Positions 1 to 11,144 of a DNA stretch of 20,422 nucleotides are shown here, piece after piece. Numbering within the stretch: position 1 is the first letter of the stretch; each line of letters opens with the position of its first letter. The DNA is from Methanobacterium sp. (GTDB taxonomy: Archaea; Methanobacteriota; Methanobacteria; Methanobacteriales; Methanobacteriaceae): assembly GCA_003166335.1 (NCBI GenBank), contig PMWA01000092.1:1-20422 (forward strand). Reading direction: 5' to 3'. A program made the position numbers and the translations under genes. Under the pieces are notes generated by a model, which worked only from the letters and a program-made list of their open reading frames with translations, had not been told where the DNA came from and searched no databases.

Positions 1-327
1 GGCCAAATCCAATTAGGTAAATACGAATTCCTTTTAATTGCACCAACAACTTCTAACACAGTTTCAAAGATATCCATGAGAATGGGTGACACTTTAATTT
101 CTAATGCTGCTATAATGGGCCAAAAAGCAGACGTGCCAATTTACATATTACCATCAGATTACGAGGAAGGAATCACCATAACCAAACTCCCAGATGGAAA
201 AGATTTAAAAATAACAATTAGAAAAGAAGATGTTGAACATGTTCAAAAACTCGCTAAAATGTATAATACATTCATATTAAAAGATCCGAAAGATATAATT
301 AAATTATTTACCAAAAATTTTGATTAA
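1..327 (+). CDS. afpA: Archaeoflavoprotein AfpA-family flavoprotein, 5'-truncated by the window edge
   Basis: Frame 1 is open from base 1 and reads GQIQLGKYEFLLIAPTTSNTVSKISMRMGDTLISNAAIMGQKADVPIYILPSDYEEG...TKLPDGKDLKITIRKEDVEHVQKL, matching the AfpA C-terminal half (APxTxNTVxK, PSDYxEG). The ATG at 76 in the ORF track is internal. Confidence 0.85.
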   Translation, partial: GQIQLGKYEFLLIAPTTSNTVSKISMRMGDTLISNAAIMGQKADVPIYILPSDYEEGITITKLPDGKDLKITIRKEDVEHVQKLAKMYNTFILKDPKDIIKLFTKNFD

Positions 328-395
328 AAAAAAATATAATTTTTGACCCTCTAGCTCAAAACTTTTTTTTACTTTGAGAATTATATCTAAAAAAA

Positions 396-1004
396 TCAAT
401 TCTTAAATAAAAATTCCATACTCCAAGTTCCTTGCCCCTTAAAAATCCATTCAGCAATATTTTTATCATAAACTTTAAATCCAGATCTTTTATATAACCT
501 CAAAGCCCCTTCATTATCCATAGTCACATCCAGGATTAAACGTTGGCATTCGGCATCTTCTGCAAGTTTAATAGCATTTTTAAGGATATATGATCCAATT
601 CCCTGACCTCTAAAAGTGGGATCAACCGCAACGTTACTTAAATAGTAATCATTTCTGCCTACACTGGTGGTAAGTAGTTCACTAATGGCAGTTCCCTTAA
701 CCATGTACTTCAAAAATTTATTAAAATTTAATATTTTAAAATACGCCTTAAAATCTTTCCATAAACTCGTTTCTTTTCCGCTAAAGGAAACTAAAATTCC
801 GATAACATTCGCATGTTTAACCACATGGATATTTTCATGACCTAATGAATTATTTCCTAATTTTATAAGTCTTTTTATATTTTGAGTAACCTCATCTTCT
901 TCTTTCCCCAATAATGATCTGAATACTTCTAATTCTGTTTCATAAATTAACTTTGAAACTTTATTCAAATCATGACGTTTTAAATCCAATTTTTCAAATT
1001 TCAT
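396..1004 (-). CDS. GNAT family N-acetyltransferase
   Basis: Acetyl-CoA motif YLSNVAVDPTFRGQGIGSYIL and C-terminal NEGALRLYKRSGF. GGAG RBS upstream (plus strand ctcc near 1016). Confidence 0.9.
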   Translation of the reverse strand: MKFEKLDLKRHDLNKVSKLIYETELEVFRSLLGKEEDEVTQNIKRLIKLGNNSLGHENIHVVKHANVIGILVSFSGKETSLWKDFKAYFKILNFNKFLKYMVKGTAISELLTTSVGRNDYYLSNVAVDPTFRGQGIGSYILKNAIKLAEDAECQRLILDVTMDNEGALRLYKRSGFKVYDKNIAEWIFKGQGTWSMEFLFKN

Positions 1005-1149
1005 TTTAATTAATACTCCTGATTAATAAATTGAATTATCATAAAGTTTAATACATTAACTTTCAGCTACTTGAGATGTATGAGTTAAATAAAATCTTTT
1101 ATGAATTTTAACAAATTATATACACCCGTGTTAATAAAATGAACTTTAT

Positions 1150-2949
1150 ATGGAGACTAAAAAATTCGTGCTTTTAGACATCGATTACATCACCGAGAAC
1201 AATGAAGCAGTTATAAGATTATTTGGCAAACTATACGGAGAAGATGATGATGAATTAATAATAGCTTTAGATAGAAGCTTCAAACCTTATATATATGTCC
1301 TCCCTTATGATGTCAATAAGTGTATAAATGAATTAAGCGAATTAGAACTTCGAAAAGTAGAAAAAATCCGCAAAAAAGATATCGGAGAATTGAAGGATTT
1401 CCTGAAAATAACCTTGAAACATCCACAAGATGTACCTAAATTAAGAGAGAAAATATGGGACTTAGAATCTGTAAAGGAAGTTAGGGAACATGATATTCCA
1501 TTTTACCGCAGATATTTAATAGATAAACATCTTTTCCCCATGAATCTGATTGAAGTAGAAGGAAAATGTTTAAAGTCTACACGAGCTTCACTTCAAGATA
1601 AAACATGCAACTTCGAAATAGAAAATCAACCCAAACCTCTGGAATCTGATTTACCCGAACTCAACGTTTTGAGTTTTGATATTGAAGCCTGTAATCCAAA
1701 GGGCATGCCTTTAGAGCATGAAGACCCCATAATAATGATCAGTTTCTCCAGCAATCAAGGTTTTCGCAAAGTATTCTCCACCAAGAATTCGTCCTTTGAT
1801 TTTGTAGAAGTAGTGCCAGACGAAAGAGAATTATTAAAAAAATTCGTTAAAACAATTAAATCTGAAAACCCTGATCTTATCCTTGGCTACAATTCAGACG
1901 CTTTTGATTTCCCTTATATAAGAGATCGAGCAGCTAAATTAGGTGTGCCTCTTGAATTAGGAGTAGATGGATCCTCCCTTAAATTCATGAGGAGAGGTTT
2001 TAACAACGCAGCAGTGATAAAAGGTAGGGTTAACATTGATCTTTACCCTAACATGCGTCGTTATCTGCAATTAGATCGTTACACTCTGGAAAGAGTCTAT
2101 AAAGAGCTTTTCGGGGAAAATAAGATAGATATTCCGGGAGATGAAATCTTCAGTTGTTGGGATGGTGGTGGTGAAAAACTAGAAAAACTTTTTAAATACT
2201 CATTAGATGATGCGGTAGCGGTTACTGAAATTGGGGAAAAAATGTTGCCCTTGAGTATGGAATTAACACGAATTGTGGGTCAACCTTTATTTGATGTGGC
2301 CCGTATGGCCACTGGACAACAAGTGGAATGGTATTTAATAAGGAAAGCCTTTGAATATGGAGAAGTAGTCCCTAATAAACCTTCATCATCCCAATTCTCT
2401 CAACGAAAAGGAAGAAGTATAATTGGAGGCTATGTTAAGGATCCCGTGAAGGGTTTACATGATAATATTGTATCTTTCGATTTTAAAAGTTTATATCCTA
2501 GCATAATAATCTCAAAGAACATTTCTCCAGACAGCCTTATGGATAATTGTAATAAAGAAGATTGTTACATTTCCCCAGAGTTAGGACATAAGTTCCGGAA
2601 GAAACCCGTAGGTTTTGTACCATCAGTTATTGGTAAAGTCCTCCAGGAGAGATTACGAATTAGATCTATCATGGATCAGTCCTCCGATACTAGGGAACGT
2701 CAGGTTTTAAATGTACAACAAGAAGCATTAAAAAGACTCGCCAACTCCATGTATGGGGTTTACGGTTTCACTTTATTTAGATGGTACAGTTTAGAGTGTG
2801 CAGATGCCATAACAGCCTGGGGAAGAGATTTCATTAAAAAAACTATGGAAAAAGCTGAAGAATACGATTTCAAACCAATATATGCCGATACTGATGGTTT
2901 CTATGCAACTTACACTGGATCATTAGTAAATGAATATGAGAATAAATGA
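1150..2949 (+). CDS. polB1: Family B DNA polymerase, large subunit (PolB1) of the split Methanobacteriales enzyme
   Basis: ExoI SFDIE, Exo[13 protein letters not shown], ExoIII YSLDDA, motif [11 protein letters not shown], motif [10 protein letters not shown] and motif C YADTDG are all intact. The protein stops 16 aa after YADTDG, with no thumb domain in the adjacent DNA. Confidence 0.93.
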   Translation: METKKFVLLDIDYITENNEAVIRLFGKLYGEDDDELIIALDRSFKPYIYVLPYDVNKCINELSELELRKVEKIRKKDIGELKDFLKITLKHPQDVPKLREKIWDLESVKEVREHDIPFYRRYLIDKHLFPMNLIEVEGKCLKSTRASLQDKTCNFEIENQPKPLESDLPELNVLSFDIEACNPKGMPLEHEDPIIMISFSSNQGFRKVFSTKNSSFDFVEVVPDERELLKKFVKTIKSENPDLILGYNSDAFDFPYIRDRAAKLGVPLELGVDGSSLKFMRRGFNNAAVIKGRVNIDLYPNMRRYLQLDRYTLERVYKELFGENKIDIPGDEIFSCWDGGGEKLEKLFKYSLDDAVAVTEIGEKMLPLSMELTRIVGQPLFDVARMATGQQVEWYLIRKAFEYGEVVPNKPSSSQFSQRKGRSIIGGYVKDPVKGLHDNIVSFDFKSLYPSIIISKNISPDSLMDNCNKEDCYISPELGHKFRKKPVGFVPSVIGKVLQERLRIRSIMDQSSDTRERQVLNVQQEALKRLANSMYGVYGFTLFRWYSLECADAITAWGRDFIKKTMEKAEEYDFKPIYADTDGFYATYTGSLVNEYENK

Positions 2950-3013
2950 TTAAAAATAAAGAGTATAATTATTTTTTTTATCAAATCTTTTTATGAAGGT
3001 GTAAAAAATTACG

Positions 3014-3508
3014 ATGAAAATTGTGGCTTATGATCCTAATCTTAACGATGAACATTTTTCTAAACTTCAGAATGCCTATCTAAAGTTATTCAATGAAAAA
3101 GATAGTTTGAAATACTTATCTATTAGTGGCGTTAGATTTGATTCCCGCATAATCACAGCATTCCTAAAAAACTCACAACGAGAAGAAGTAGAATATTACG
3201 TGGCATTATCATCCCATAATGATATTATTGGCATATCTGCTTTTAAAAGTGATTTAACTAAAGGATTTGAAATTATAGGTACAATTGTACATAAAAATCA
3301 TCGTTTTAGAGGTGTAGGAAAAGCATTAATTGATAAAGGGCTACAATTGTCAAAAAGAAAAGGTTTTAAAGCTGTAGATATCTATGTTTTCGCTGATAAT
3401 AAGGATATGCTAATATTATTAATTAAAAAAGGTTTCAGACCTGTTACAATAGAAAATCATGCCCGATTTGATGGAGAAGATTTAATTCATTTAAAAAAAT
3501 ACTTTTAA
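3014..3508 (+). CDS. GNAT family N-acetyltransferase
   Basis: VHKNHRFRGVGKALI motif A and DNKDMLILLIKKGF motif B. AAGGTG RBS near 2996-3001. Confidence 0.85.
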   Translation: MKIVAYDPNLNDEHFSKLQNAYLKLFNEKDSLKYLSISGVRFDSRIITAFLKNSQREEVEYYVALSSHNDIIGISAFKSDLTKGFEIIGTIVHKNHRFRGVGKALIDKGLQLSKRKGFKAVDIYVFADNKDMLILLIKKGFRPVTIENHARFDGEDLIHLKKYF

Positions 3509-3695
3509 AAGCTTATCCTATTATGCAAATGATTTAATTTTGAGCGAATTCATTTGCAGACAAGTACTTGGGAAGATTAAAGCAAAACAGGATATGATGT
3601 CTGAGAATGTTAAACAACATTATGAAACAAAAAATTAAAAAAATTAAATTTAAAAAAAATAAATTGTGATTTAATTAACTTAAATTACTAATAAA

Positions 3696-3788
<93 letters not shown>

Positions 3789-3806
3789 TTTTTAGTTCAC
3801 CTCAAG

Positions 3807-3823
3807 TTATTTGTATCAAATAA
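3807..3823. promoter_or_regulatory. Palindrome TTATTTG-tat-CAAATAA, candidate operator at the small-ORF transcription start
   Basis: Perfect 7-bp inverted repeat between the putative TATA box and the RBS of the small ORF, in the divergent intergenic region shared with the HxlR gene. It is AT-rich and could be chance. Confidence 0.35.
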
Positions 3824-3923
3824 TAATTTGTTAGTTTACTATTTAAATTAAGTATAGACAACAAAGTTATATACTACCATTTTGTATATGAACCACTATT
3901 AAGTATAGGGATATGATTTTTGT

Positions 3924-4243
3924 ATGACTGGAGAAAGAGATTATTGCTATGCAGTTGAAGCTGCTTTAGATGAATTAGGTGGGAAATGGAAACCTTTAAT
4001 CATATGGATATTAATGGAGGGAAAATTACGTTTCAGTGAGATTAATAGAAATTTGTCTTCTATAACTGAACGAATGCTTACAAGGCAACTTCGTGAATTG
4101 GAGAAAGATGGTTTAGTTAACAGGAAGGTTTTCGCTGAAGTACCTCCAAAAGTTGAATACTCACTTACAGAAAAAGTAAATCTGTAATGCCTATTTTAGA
4201 AGCCTTATGTGATTGGGGTGAAAAATATTCTATACAAAAATAA
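3924..4243 (+). pseudogene. HxlR (DUF24) winged-helix regulator with a 1-nt deletion frameshift near 4176
   Basis: [16 protein letters not shown]...[19 protein letters not shown]...[13 protein letters not shown]. Adding one base at 4176 restores the usual end (G)[21 protein letters not shown] with TAA at 4241-4243. As sequenced it stops at 4187. Confidence 0.8.
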
Positions 4244-4269
4244 TTTCATAAACTTTAAAACATAATAGA

Positions 4270-5037
4270 TTATTTTTTAAATTGTTTAGCTATTTTAGTT
4301 GCAAAAACTCCTGCTCCAAACCCATTATCTATGTTAACCACTGCAATTCCTGGAGCACATGATTGGAGCATAGCAAAAAGCGCTGTAAAACCTCCTTTAC
4401 CAACACCATATCCAACAGATGTGGGAACTCCAATAACTGGCATATCCACTAATCCTGCAACTACCGAAGGTAATGCTCCCTCCATTCCAGCAACCACTAT
4501 CAACACTTTAACATCTTCTTCAATCATTACTCTTACATGTGAAAAAAGACGGTGAATGCCAGCAACACCAACATCATATGCATTTAAAACTTCACAACCC
4601 ATTTCTTCGGCTGTGATTCTTGCTTCTTCGGCAACAGGAATATCAGAAGTTCCAGCAGTTATTACACCTATTTTAACTTCTTTTTCGATTTCATGATCTT
4701 TAATTAGTAAAATCTTTGCTTTTTTATGGTAATCAATTTTAAATCCTTCAAGTATGGTCAATTCTTCTTTAATAGCATTAAATTTGCGTTTATCAAGTTT
4801 TGTAACCATTAAACGCCCTTTATCAGCGGATCCGATTATTATTTTCACTAATTCATCATTTTCTTTTCCTTCTGCATAAATCACCTCTGGAATTCCAGTT
4901 CTAATATCTCTGCACATATCCAATTTAGCAAAATCCTCTATTTCCCGAATTTGCATGATTTTAAGCCTTTTTTCAGCTTCTTCCAGGGATATTTCCCCTT
5001 CTATAAATTTTTGAAGAATTTCCTTCATGTTCATCAT
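4270..5037 (-). CDS. larB: Nickel-pincer cofactor biosynthesis protein LarB (PurE-like)
   Basis: [72 protein letters not shown]. Confidence 0.93.
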   Translation of the reverse strand: MMNMKEILQKFIEGEISLEEAEKRLKIMQIREIEDFAKLDMCRDIRTGIPEVIYAEGKENDELVKIIIGSADKGRLMVTKLDKRKFNAIKEELTILEGFKIDYHKKAKILLIKDHEIEKEVKIGVITAGTSDIPVAEEARITAEEMGCEVLNAYDVGVAGIHRLFSHVRVMIEEDVKVLIVVAGMEGALPSVVAGLVDMPVIGVPTSVGYGVGKGGFTALFAMLQSCAPGIAVVNIDNGFGAGVFATKIAKQFKK

Positions 5038-5327
5038 TAATTATCCACCATTATATTATTATAAAAATTAATATTAAAAAATACCTTATACTTTATAACT
5101 AATATTAACTTTTGTCTTTTAGTACAATTATAAAAAAATTTATATGGGTTAAATGAATAAGAACATTTTAAAAGTTGAAAGCCAGTTTAAGAATTGCTAA
5201 ACTAGTTCAAGAAGTTTTTGAAGCTACTCAAGAAGTGATAGTAGTAGATGAAAAAAATTTAATTCACATAAAACTTAGACTTATAATTCTTTATTTTTAA
5301 CTTATAAATTTTGAGGTGTATTACGAT

Positions 5328-7628
5328 TTGAGTAAAGCTAGAATTTTAGTTCAGGGAATAGTGCAAGGGGTTGGCTTCAGACCGACGGTTTACAGGATAG
5401 CAAATAGCCTGAATCTTAATGGTTACGTTAGAAATTTAGGGAACATTGTTGAAATCATAGTTGAAGGAAATGAAGAAATTATAAATGATTTTATTGAAAA
5501 TTTAAAGTTGAATAAACCACCAATATCCAAGATAAGTGCATTAAAGGTAGAATGGTTATTGTCCTATGAAATAGAGTTCAATGATTTTAAAATCCTGGAA
5601 AGCTCCTCAAAATTCTCTGGATCTTCGGTGATACCTCCTGATCTAGCTACCTGTGATAATTGTTTGGAAGAATTGTTAAGTCCATCTGATAGAAGATATG
5701 AATATTCTTTTACAGCTTGTACAGACTGTGGCCCTCGTTTCACTGTAATAAAATCCGTTCCCTATGATCGGGAGCGTACATCCATGGAAGAGTTTTCTCT
5801 TTGTCCAGAATGTCTAGCTGAGTATCAAAATCCTGAAGATCGGCGTTATCATGCTGAAGCCACATGTTGTCCTGTTTGTGGTCCATCCCTGTTTTTATAT
5901 CGAGATAAAGTTTTGAATTTAGAATATCCTTTACGTGAAGCGGTACAACTCTTAGATGATGGTCATATACTTGCTGTTAAGGGTATTGGAGGCACCCATC
6001 TTGTGGCTAGTGTCACATCTGATGATACGTTGTTAAAGCTTAGGAAAAAGTTGGGTAGATCTAATCAACCCTTCGCCTGTATGTCACCCAATGTAGAAAC
6101 TATCAAAACTTTTGCCGATGTCTCAAATGTAGAAGAGAAAATTTTGAAGTCAAGAAACAGGCCAATAGTGGTTTTAAATAAAAATAATAATTATTTTTTG
6201 TCATCTTATGTTTCTCCAGAGCTTCATAATCTTGGGGTTATGCTTCCCTACTCAGGACTTCATCATCTAATATTTAAATATTCAACTGAACCAGCCTATA
6301 TCATGACCTCCGCTAATATGCCTGGAGAACCTATGCTCACTGAGAATAAAGAAATCATTAAGAATTTGGAAGGTGTAGCTGATTATTTTCTCTTGCATAA
6401 TCGTCGAATCATTAATCGTTGTGATGATTCTGTGGTTAGATTTCGGGGAGATGACATGACATTCATCAGACGTTCACGAGGATATGTACCAGAACCATAC
6501 GATTTTTCCAGATTAAATGCTGATTTAAAAGTATTAGCTTTGGGTCCAGAGATTGATGTAACCTTCTCTCTCCTTAATGAGGGTAAATGCTATGTATCCC
6601 AGCATATAGGGGACACAACTAAGTATGAAACCTTCAGATATCTTCAGAAAAGTATAGAGTATCTTATGGATATAACAAAAACCGATTCTGTGGATGCTGT
6701 GGTAAGTGATCTTCATCCACTTTTCTTTACTACGAAACTGGCTCATGAGTTGAGTGAAATGTTTGACTGTGAAATGATTAAAGTCCAACATCATCATGCT
6801 CATGCTGCTTCTCTAGCCGTGGATAATGAAGTGGAGGAAATGATATGCATAACTGCTGATGGGGTGGGTTATGGTGAGGATGGAACGGTTTGGGGTGGTG
6901 AAATACTCCATTATCAAGGTGCTGAATACGAAAGAGTAGGTAGTTTATTATCTCAAAAAATGGTTGGTGGAGATTTAACCACCCGATATCCTATAAGAAT
7001 GGTTATGAGTATATTATATGATCATTACGAATATGATGAACTCCTAGATCTAATGAAAAGAAATTATTTATCATATTTCAAATATGGATTACAGGAAGTT
7101 GATTTGGTAGCTAAACAACTTCTTAATGACTTTAACATTGCTCAGACCTCCAGCACTGGACGTGTGCTTGATGCTATTTCAGCAGTTCTTCAAATCTGTG
7201 GTGAAAGAACTTATGAAGGGGAATGTGCAATGAAGTTAGAGTCGGCAGCTTACAATGGATATGAAAAAGTTAATATTCCTGTTAAAATTAAGAAACAGAA
7301 TGGTTTGGATGTTTTAGATACTTCAAAAATACTTTTATCTGTTTTGAATGAAAAATTAGCGGGTGAAAGAGTTAATGATATAGCTTTAGCTGGTCAAAAA
7401 GCTGTTTCAGTCGGATTAGCTGAATTAGCTGTAAAGGCTGCAGATAAAGTTGGTGTCAATGTTATTGGGGGTTCTGGAGGAGTGTTTTATAATGAAGCAA
7501 TCAGTACTTCGGTAAAAGATACTGTAGAATCTGCTGGTTACAATTTTATTCAGCATAAAAATAGTTGTGCGGGTGATGGTTCAGTTTCTATGGGTCAAGC
7601 TGCTGTAGCGGCTTTGCATTTTAGTTGA
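5328..7628 (+). CDS. hypF: Hydrogenase maturation carbamoyltransferase HypF
   Basis: Acylphosphatase domain [10 protein letters not shown], Zn-finger CxxC pairs, [23 protein letters not shown] and SSTGRVLDA. The start is probably TTG at 5328, because the GTG at 5316 lies inside the GAGGTG RBS (5313-5318). Confidence 0.96.
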   Translation: MSKARILVQGIVQGVGFRPTVYRIANSLNLNGYVRNLGNIVEIIVEGNEEIINDFIENLKLNKPPISKISALKVEWLLSYEIEFNDFKILESSSKFSGSSVIPPDLATCDNCLEELLSPSDRRYEYSFTACTDCGPRFTVIKSVPYDRERTSMEEFSLCPECLAEYQNPEDRRYHAEATCCPVCGPSLFLYRDKVLNLEYPLREAVQLLDDGHILAVKGIGGTHLVASVTSDDTLLKLRKKLGRSNQPFACMSPNVETIKTFADVSNVEEKILKSRNRPIVVLNKNNNYFLSSYVSPELHNLGVMLPYSGLHHLIFKYSTEPAYIMTSANMPGEPMLTENKEIIKNLEGVADYFLLHNRRIINRCDDSVVRFRGDDMTFIRRSRGYVPEPYDFSRLNADLKVLALGPEIDVTFSLLNEGKCYVSQHIGDTTKYETFRYLQKSIEYLMDITKTDSVDAVVSDLHPLFFTTKLAHELSEMFDCEMIKVQHHHAHAASLAVDNEVEEMICITADGVGYGEDGTVWGGEILHYQGAEYERVGSLLSQKMVGGDLTTRYPIRMVMSILYDHYEYDELLDLMKRNYLSYFKYGLQEVDLVAKQLLNDFNIAQTSSTGRVLDAISAVLQICGERTYEGECAMKLESAAYNGYEKVNIPVKIKKQNGLDVLDTSKILLSVLNEKLAGERVNDIALAGQKAVSVGLAELAVKAADKVGVNVIGGSGGVFYNEAISTSVKDTVESAGYNFIQHKNSCAGDGSVSMGQAAVAALHFS

Positions 7629-7674
7629 ATAGATTCAAACTTTGAAGTTTTTGTTGATTATTTTTGAATCATGA

Positions 7675-8154
7675 TTAATCATCAGTTATCACTGGCAGGT
7701 TCATTGATCGTTTCTTTAAAGCTCGTTTTCTTTCATCTAATTGTTTTAAAAGATTTTTTGCATGTTTCATGGCTTTTTCATACTCTTTTATGAGATTCCC
7801 AAGTTCATCTGAAACCTCTTCTCCCATCCGAGCTTTTTCTTCGATTTTTTGGAGTTCTTGGAATTCATGACCTGGTACTTTTAGTCGCATAGTGCCTTGG
7901 CTGATAAATATTTGGAATTCAATGTCGTGGGAGATATCGTAGTATTTTCGAGGTCTTCCACGCTCTATTTTTCGGAATGAAGAGTTTAATAAACCAGTAT
8001 TTTCCATGGCTCTTAAATGCTCTATTATAGCTTTTTGACCTATTTCTAATTCGCGGGATATCTGGCTTACGAAACGTGGCTCGTCTTTTATCAAATCAAG
8101 TATGTTTCTACGTGTTTTGCATCCCATTACGTCTAATATATCCTCTAAATTCAT
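7675..8154 (-). CDS. ArsR-family HTH regulator of the archaeal heat-shock repressor (Phr/HSR1-like) type
   Basis: [15 protein letters not shown]...[20 protein letters not shown]...RGRPRKYY closely resembles Pyrococcus Phr. It has a C-terminal coiled coil and is divergent from grpE-dnaK-dnaJ. Confidence 0.88.
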   Translation of the reverse strand: MNLEDILDVMGCKTRRNILDLIKDEPRFVSQISRELEIGQKAIIEHLRAMENTGLLNSSFRKIERGRPRKYYDISHDIEFQIFISQGTMRLKVPGHEFQELQKIEEKARMGEEVSDELGNLIKEYEKAMKHAKNLLKQLDERKRALKKRSMNLPVITDD

Positions 8155-8237
8155 CGTTTATCACTGGTTTGTAATAATTATATATTAATTATTTAAGAAT
8201 TTTTTTTATTCATTTTGATCTTTATTTATTTTAAATT

Positions 8238-8427
8238 AGGTTTTTATAACCTTTAGTTATTATAATAAATTAATAGATTTATATAACTTTTGGTAATTAA
8301 TATATTAGTTTCTTCGAAAGGTTTATATAACCTTTGGTTACTATAATAATTATAGATTTATATAACTTTTGGTAATTAATATACTTGTTTCTTCGAAAGG
8401 TTTATATAACCTTTGGTTACTATAATA
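8238..8427 (+). promoter_or_regulatory. Heat-shock promoter(s) with five TAAC-N5-GTWA operator-like boxes
   Basis: Boxes start at 8247, 8284, 8328, 8363 and 8407. The BRE-TATA CGAAAGGTTTATATA occurs twice, each overlapping a box. Confidence 0.75.
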
Positions 8428-8430
8428 TTA
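8273..8430 (+). repeat. Tandem duplication of a 79-bp promoter/operator unit, plus a partial third copy from about 8238
   Basis: 8273-8351 and 8352-8430 are nearly identical (ATAGATTTATATAACTTTTGGTAATTAATATA...GTTTCTTCGAAAGGTTTATATAACCTTTGGTTACTATAATA), with two internal mismatches. Confidence 0.95.
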
Positions 8431-8468
8431 ATGTTACCATCACCATCACATTACTACAAGGTGAATAA

Positions 8469-9032
8469 ATGACCAATAAGAAAGAATTAGAAAAATTAAA
8501 GAAAGATCTGGATGATCTGAAAACTGAAATCCTCAGAATAAATGAAGAAATAGAGGAAAAAGATCAAGAAATTAACCAGATGGATCAAACGATAACAGAA
8601 AAGGATCAGACAATAGATGATTACTATTCCCAACTCCAACGTCTTCAAGCTGATTTTGAAAACTACAAAAAAAGATCAGAAAAAGACCTCAAAGATTACA
8701 TAAGATATGCCAATGAAAATCTAATTTTAAAAATTATTGAAACCTATGAAGATTTAGGACGAGCATTAAAAGCCGAAGAAACCCATGATCTTCGAGAAGG
8801 AGTTGAGATAATCTACAAAAAAATGAAAGATATTCTAGAGCGAGAAGGACTCAAAGTAATACCTTGTGAAGGTGAAAAATTCGATCCCTTCAAACATGAA
8901 GCACTCATGATTGAAGATAATAAAGATTACCCAAATGGTGTAATTATAGAAGAACTTGGAAAAGGATATACCTTAGATTCTAAGGTTATTAAATATTCAA
9001 AAGTTAAAGTTTGTAAAAAAAAGGTGAATTAA
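8469..9032 (+). CDS. grpE: Nucleotide exchange factor GrpE
   Basis: [52 protein letters not shown]. Directly abuts dnaK (TAA ATG). Confidence 0.96.
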   Translation: MTNKKELEKLKKDLDDLKTEILRINEEIEEKDQEINQMDQTITEKDQTIDDYYSQLQRLQADFENYKKRSEKDLKDYIRYANENLILKIIETYEDLGRALKAEETHDLREGVEIIYKKMKDILEREGLKVIPCEGEKFDPFKHEALMIEDNKDYPNGVIIEELGKGYTLDSKVIKYSKVKVCKKKVN

Positions 9033-10904
9033 ATGGCTAAAAAAGAGAAAATAATAGGTATAGATTTAGGAACAAGTAACTCAGCAGCAGCAGCACTTAT
9101 CGGTGGTAAACCCACCATAATACCCAGCGCAGAAGGATCCACACAGTATGGTAAATCATTTCCTAGTTACGTGGCATTTACAGAAGATGGACAGCGACTG
9201 GTAGGTGAAGCCGCCAGAAGACAGATTGTCACAAATCCAGAATACACCGTAACCGCTATAAAAAGACAAATGGGTACTAATTACAAAGTGGATATAAAAG
9301 GAAAGCAGTATACTCCCCAGGAAATATCAGCATTCATTCTACAGAAAATAAAAAAAGATGCTGAGGCATTCTTAGGTGAAGAAGTGAAAAAAGCAGTGAT
9401 AACAGTTCCTGCCTATTTCGACGATAATCAAAGAACCGCCACCAAAGATGCGGGCACTATAGCTGGTCTGGAAGTTGTTAGACTGGTCAATGAACCCACA
9501 GCCGCTAGTTTAGCCTACGGTATAGATAAAGAAACTACTGAAGAGTTAGAAATACTAGTATTTGACTTCGGAGGAGGAACTTTAGACGTTACCATCATGG
9601 AATTTGGTGATGGTGTATTTGAAGTAAAATCCACTAGTGGAGACACTAAATTAGGCGGAACTGACATGGACGCAGAGGTAATGAATTATCTAGCAGGAGA
9701 GTTCAAGAAAGAAACAGGCGTAGATCTTATGAACGATGATCAAGCTGTGCAAAGGCTCCGTGAAGCTTCAGAAAAAGCCAAAATAGAACTTTCAACGACA
9801 CTTAAAACAGATATAAACTTACCATTCATAACAGCCACCCAAGAAGGACCTAAACATCTTACCCATACCCTAACCAGGGCTAAACTTGAAGAATTAGTGG
9901 ATCCAATAATTAAAAAATGCGCAGCACCCATGGAGCACGCTATAAAAGATGCTAAAATGACTAAATCTGACGTGAGTAAAATAATATTAGTGGGTGGTCC
10001 AACTAGGATGCCTTCAGTCCAGAAATTCGTGGAGAATTACATTGGAAAATCTGTTGAACGTGGAATAGACCCCATGGAATGTGTAGCTATAGGTGCAGCT
10101 ATTCAAGGTGCTGTATTAGCTGGAGAAATTAAAGATCTGGTATTACTTGATGTCAATCCATTATCTTTAGGTATAGAAACTTTAGGGGGTGTATTTACCA
10201 AATTAATTGAAAGAAACACCACCATACCAACTAAGAAAAGTCAAGTTTTCACCACTGCTGCGGACAGTCAAACTTCAGTTGATATCCATGTTTTACAAGG
10301 TGAAAGACCCATGGCAAATGGTAATACTACACTGGGAAGATTTCAATTGGTAGGTATACCTCCAGCACCCCGAGGGATGCCTCAAATTGAAGTTACCTTT
10401 GACATTGATGCTAATGGTATCATGAATGTATCTGCCAAGGATATGGGAACCGGTAAAGAGCAGAAAGTAACTATAACTGCTCCTAACAAATTATCTAAAG
10501 ATGAAATAGATCAGAAGGTTAAAGAAGCTGAAATGCACGCTGAAGAGGATAAGAAAAAACAGGAAGAAATAGAAATCAGGAATAACGCTGACTCTATGAT
10601 TCACACTTCTGAGAAAACACTGGAAGAATTAGGAGATAAAGTTAATTCAGACCAAAAATCCAAGATCGAAGAGTTAATTAAAGATTTAAGGGATTTAGTG
10701 GGCGGTGATGACTTAACAGCCATTAAAATCAAAACTGATGAACTTACTAAAGCTGTACAGGAAGTAGGCGCCGCTATATATCAACAAGCTCAGCAAGAAC
10801 AAGCCAAGGCTCAGCAGGAAGGTCAGCAAGAGGGTCAAGGTCAAGATACTGCCCAAGATCCTGAAGGTGATGACACTATAGATGCAGATTATAAAGAAAA
10901 ATAA
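9033..10904 (+). CDS. dnaK: Chaperone DnaK (Hsp70)
   Basis: [64 protein letters not shown]. Confidence 0.99.
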   Translation: MAKKEKIIGIDLGTSNSAAAALIGGKPTIIPSAEGSTQYGKSFPSYVAFTEDGQRLVGEAARRQIVTNPEYTVTAIKRQMGTNYKVDIKGKQYTPQEISAFILQKIKKDAEAFLGEEVKKAVITVPAYFDDNQRTATKDAGTIAGLEVVRLVNEPTAASLAYGIDKETTEELEILVFDFGGGTLDVTIMEFGDGVFEVKSTSGDTKLGGTDMDAEVMNYLAGEFKKETGVDLMNDDQAVQRLREASEKAKIELSTTLKTDINLPFITATQEGPKHLTHTLTRAKLEELVDPIIKKCAAPMEHAIKDAKMTKSDVSKIILVGGPTRMPSVQKFVENYIGKSVERGIDPMECVAIGAAIQGAVLAGEIKDLVLLDVNPLSLGIETLGGVFTKLIERNTTIPTKKSQVFTTAADSQTSVDIHVLQGERPMANGNTTLGRFQLVGIPPAPRGMPQIEVTFDIDANGIMNVSAKDMGTGKEQKVTITAPNKLSKDEIDQKVKEAEMHAEEDKKKQEEIEIRNNADSMIHTSEKTLEELGDKVNSDQKSKIEELIKDLRDLVGGDDLTAIKIKTDELTKAVQEVGAAIYQQAQQEQAKAQQEGQQEGQGQDTAQDPEGDDTIDADYKEK

Positions 10905-10925
10905 ATAGAAAAATACTGAGAAGAA

Positions 10926-10975
10926 TGAAGTAAGGAAATATTTTATTATTTTTTTACTTCAATAATTTTTTTTAT
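10926..10975 (+). terminator. Putative terminator after dnaK
   Basis: Inverted repeat TGAAGTAA (10926-10933) / TTACTTCA (10954-10961) followed by a T8 tract. Confidence 0.5.
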
Positions 10976-11144
10976 TATAAATTTGATGATTAATTTTTTA
11001 TTATCAAACAAATTTTATTTTTAGCATTTAATTTTAATGATATATAGGAAAAAAATATTTAAGAAAAAATCATAACTAACATAGACTATAATATTAGTTT
11101 AAAATCATTTTTTAACCAAAAAAAATTGAAGGTAAAGATCTTAT

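Noticed and set aside
1150..2949. polB as a truncated pseudogene or a casposon/viral polymerase
   Set aside because: The end point matches the known natural split in Methanobacteriales, the motifs are of the cellular type, and no cas1, terminal repeats or viral genes are nearby.
8238..8430. CRISPR mini-array interpretation of the repeated TATAAC...GGTTA units
   Set aside because: The intervening sequences are themselves duplicated and too short to be unique spacers, there are no cas genes, and a promoter/operator duplication explains the pattern.
9033..10904. Bacterial-type DnaK system in an archaeon as a novelty
   Set aside because: Well established for Methanobacteriales and other euryarchaea.
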